This document shows, piece by piece, positions 23,050 through 24,000 of a stretch of 24,000 nt of DNA; within the stretch, counting starts at the first letter, position 1, and the number at the start of each line of letters is the position of its first letter. Source of the DNA: an uncultured Gaiellales bacterium (GTDB lineage Bacteria > Actinomycetota > Thermoleophilia > Gaiellales > Gaiellaceae); assembly GCA_964636655.1 (NCBI GenBank), contig CAZWTK010000013.1, positions 27,280 to 51,279 on the forward strand, in the 5' to 3' direction. A model generated the notes under the pieces. That model made no database searches. It had not been told where the DNA came from and saw only the letters and a program-made list of their open reading frames with translations. The position numbers were made by a program, and so were the translations under genes.

Positions 23050-23199
23050 CGGAGTACCGCCGACGAGCCGCCGCCGGCGAGACGGAAGCCGGGGCTCCGG
23101 CAGCAGCGGAGGGGAGGTCGCCGCCCGTGTCAGCCTCGGTCTACGCGCCGCGAGTAGGATCGAGCTCATTGCGACGAGCCGGCTACGATCGATTGCCTG

Positions 23200-24000
23200 A
23201 TGCATAGCGAACCTGAAGCCGATCGGGGTGCGGACGATTGCCTGGGAATCGTCCTCGTGGTCTACGACAACGCCGACTCGATCGGACAGCTGCTTGCGGC
23301 GCTGAGCGAGGAGAAGCGCCCCGGCGACAGGATCGTGCTGGTGGACAATCATCCCGCGCACGCCTGCGCCGACCTAGCCGAGGGTATCGACGCCGTTGAC
23401 CTGGTCGTACGCTCGCAGAACGTGGGTTTCGGCGCCGGCTGCAACAAGGGTGCGGCGGCGATCGAAGACGAGGTCGAGCTGCTGCTCTTCCTGAACCCCG
23501 ACAGCTCGCCCGAGGCGGGCGCGATCTCGCGCCTGCGCGAGGGTGGAAAGGCGGAGTGGGCGGCCTGGTCGGGCCTGTTGCTTTTACCCGACGGAAGGAT
23601 CAACGCTGCCGGTAATACCCTTCACGTCTCCGGGCTCTCCTGGTGCACTGACTACGGCGTGGCGCCGAGCGACTATCGCTCAGCGCCCGCCTCCGCGATC
23701 TCACTCTCGGGCGCCGACATGATCGTGCGCACGCAGGCGTGGAAACGCCTCGGCGGCTTCGCGCCCGACTACTTCCTCTACTACGAGGACACCGACCTCT
23801 CGTTCCGACTCAAGTCGATGGACCTCGTGCTCGGCATCGTGCCCGATGCTCACATCGCTCACGACTACGAGTTCGACAAGAGTCGGCAGAAGTGGTTCTT
23901 CCTGGAGCGCAACAGATACGTCTTCATCCTGCGTACCTGGCCGCTTTCGCTGCTGATCGTGCTCTTGCCGCTTCAGGTCGTGACCGAGCTGGGGCTCTGG
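23200..24000 (+). CDS. Family 2 glycosyltransferase (rhamnosyltransferase/WbbL-like), 5' partial, continues past the window end
   Basis: Not in the ORF track because it has no stop. My hand translation from ATG 23200 is open for 267 codons to 24000. Shows 'IVLVVYDNADS', 'IVLVDNHP', 'QNVGFGAGCNKG', 'FLNPDS', 'FLYYEDTDLSFRL' and 'KWFFLERNRYVFILR'. Confidence 0.8.
   Translation, partial: MHSEPEADRGADDCLGIVLVVYDNADSIGQLLAALSEEKRPGDRIVLVDNHPAHACADLAEGIDAVDLVVRSQNVGFGAGCNKGAAAIEDEVELLLFLNPDSSPEAGAISRLREGGKAEWAAWSGLLLLPDGRINAAGNTLHVSGLSWCTDYGVAPSDYRSAPASAISLSGADMIVRTQAWKRLGGFAPDYFLYYEDTDLSFRLKSMDLVLGIVPDAHIAHDYEFDKSRQKWFFLERNRYVFILRTWPLSLLIVLLPLQVVTELGLW

Noticed and set aside
22813-23361. 182-aa minus-strand ORF spanning the NTF2-like gene end and the GT2 start. 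The small ORFs at 22893-23207 and 23349-23603 are related cases.
   Set aside because: It is antisense to two better-supported genes, has no motifs, and is Arg/Pro-rich.

Overview
This is a GC-rich chromosomal window (high-60s %GC by eye, not computed), densely packed with housekeeping genes of a Gram-positive-type bacterium. The lineage is only an inference: a high-GC Terrabacteria group such as deep-branching Actinomycetota. Left to right the window holds: a membrane-anchored DsbA-like oxidoreductase; a Bacillus-like block cysS-rlmB-yacP(rae1)-sigH; tRNA-Thr(UGU); about 540 bp with no convincing gene; a small membrane protein carrying only a histidine-kinase DHp/H-box; a trans-sulfuration PLP enzyme; a membrane GGDEF+HD-GYP protein; pgsA; sucC and sucD split by a SAM methyltransferase; a complete biotin cluster bioA-bioB / bioD-bioF / bioH-bioC on the minus strand; a PLP aminotransferase; a LapA-domain membrane protein; a 63-aa Cys/His-rich protein; a PDZ+Lon(S16) peptidase; an atypical SDR coupled to queF; a lower-GC NTF2-like gene; and the 5' part of a GT2 glycosyltransferase running off the right edge. 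I found no rRNA, CRISPR array, transposase/integrase or recognisable defence or toxin system, and I cannot honestly point to a convincing novel multi-gene system. The most unusual items are: (i) three long related palindromes filling the bioF-bioH spacer; (ii) a Firmicute-type SigH locus with a palindrome-rich, AT-richer leader; (iii) a DHp-only membrane protein; (iv) a methyltransferase inserted inside the sucCD operon; (v) back-to-back, probably leaderless bioA/aminotransferase starts around a CCATGG; (vi) an orphan Cys/His-rich mini-protein with its own promoter and an upstream terminator. The many long ORFs in the track that lie antisense or out of frame to these genes are high-GC shadow ORFs.
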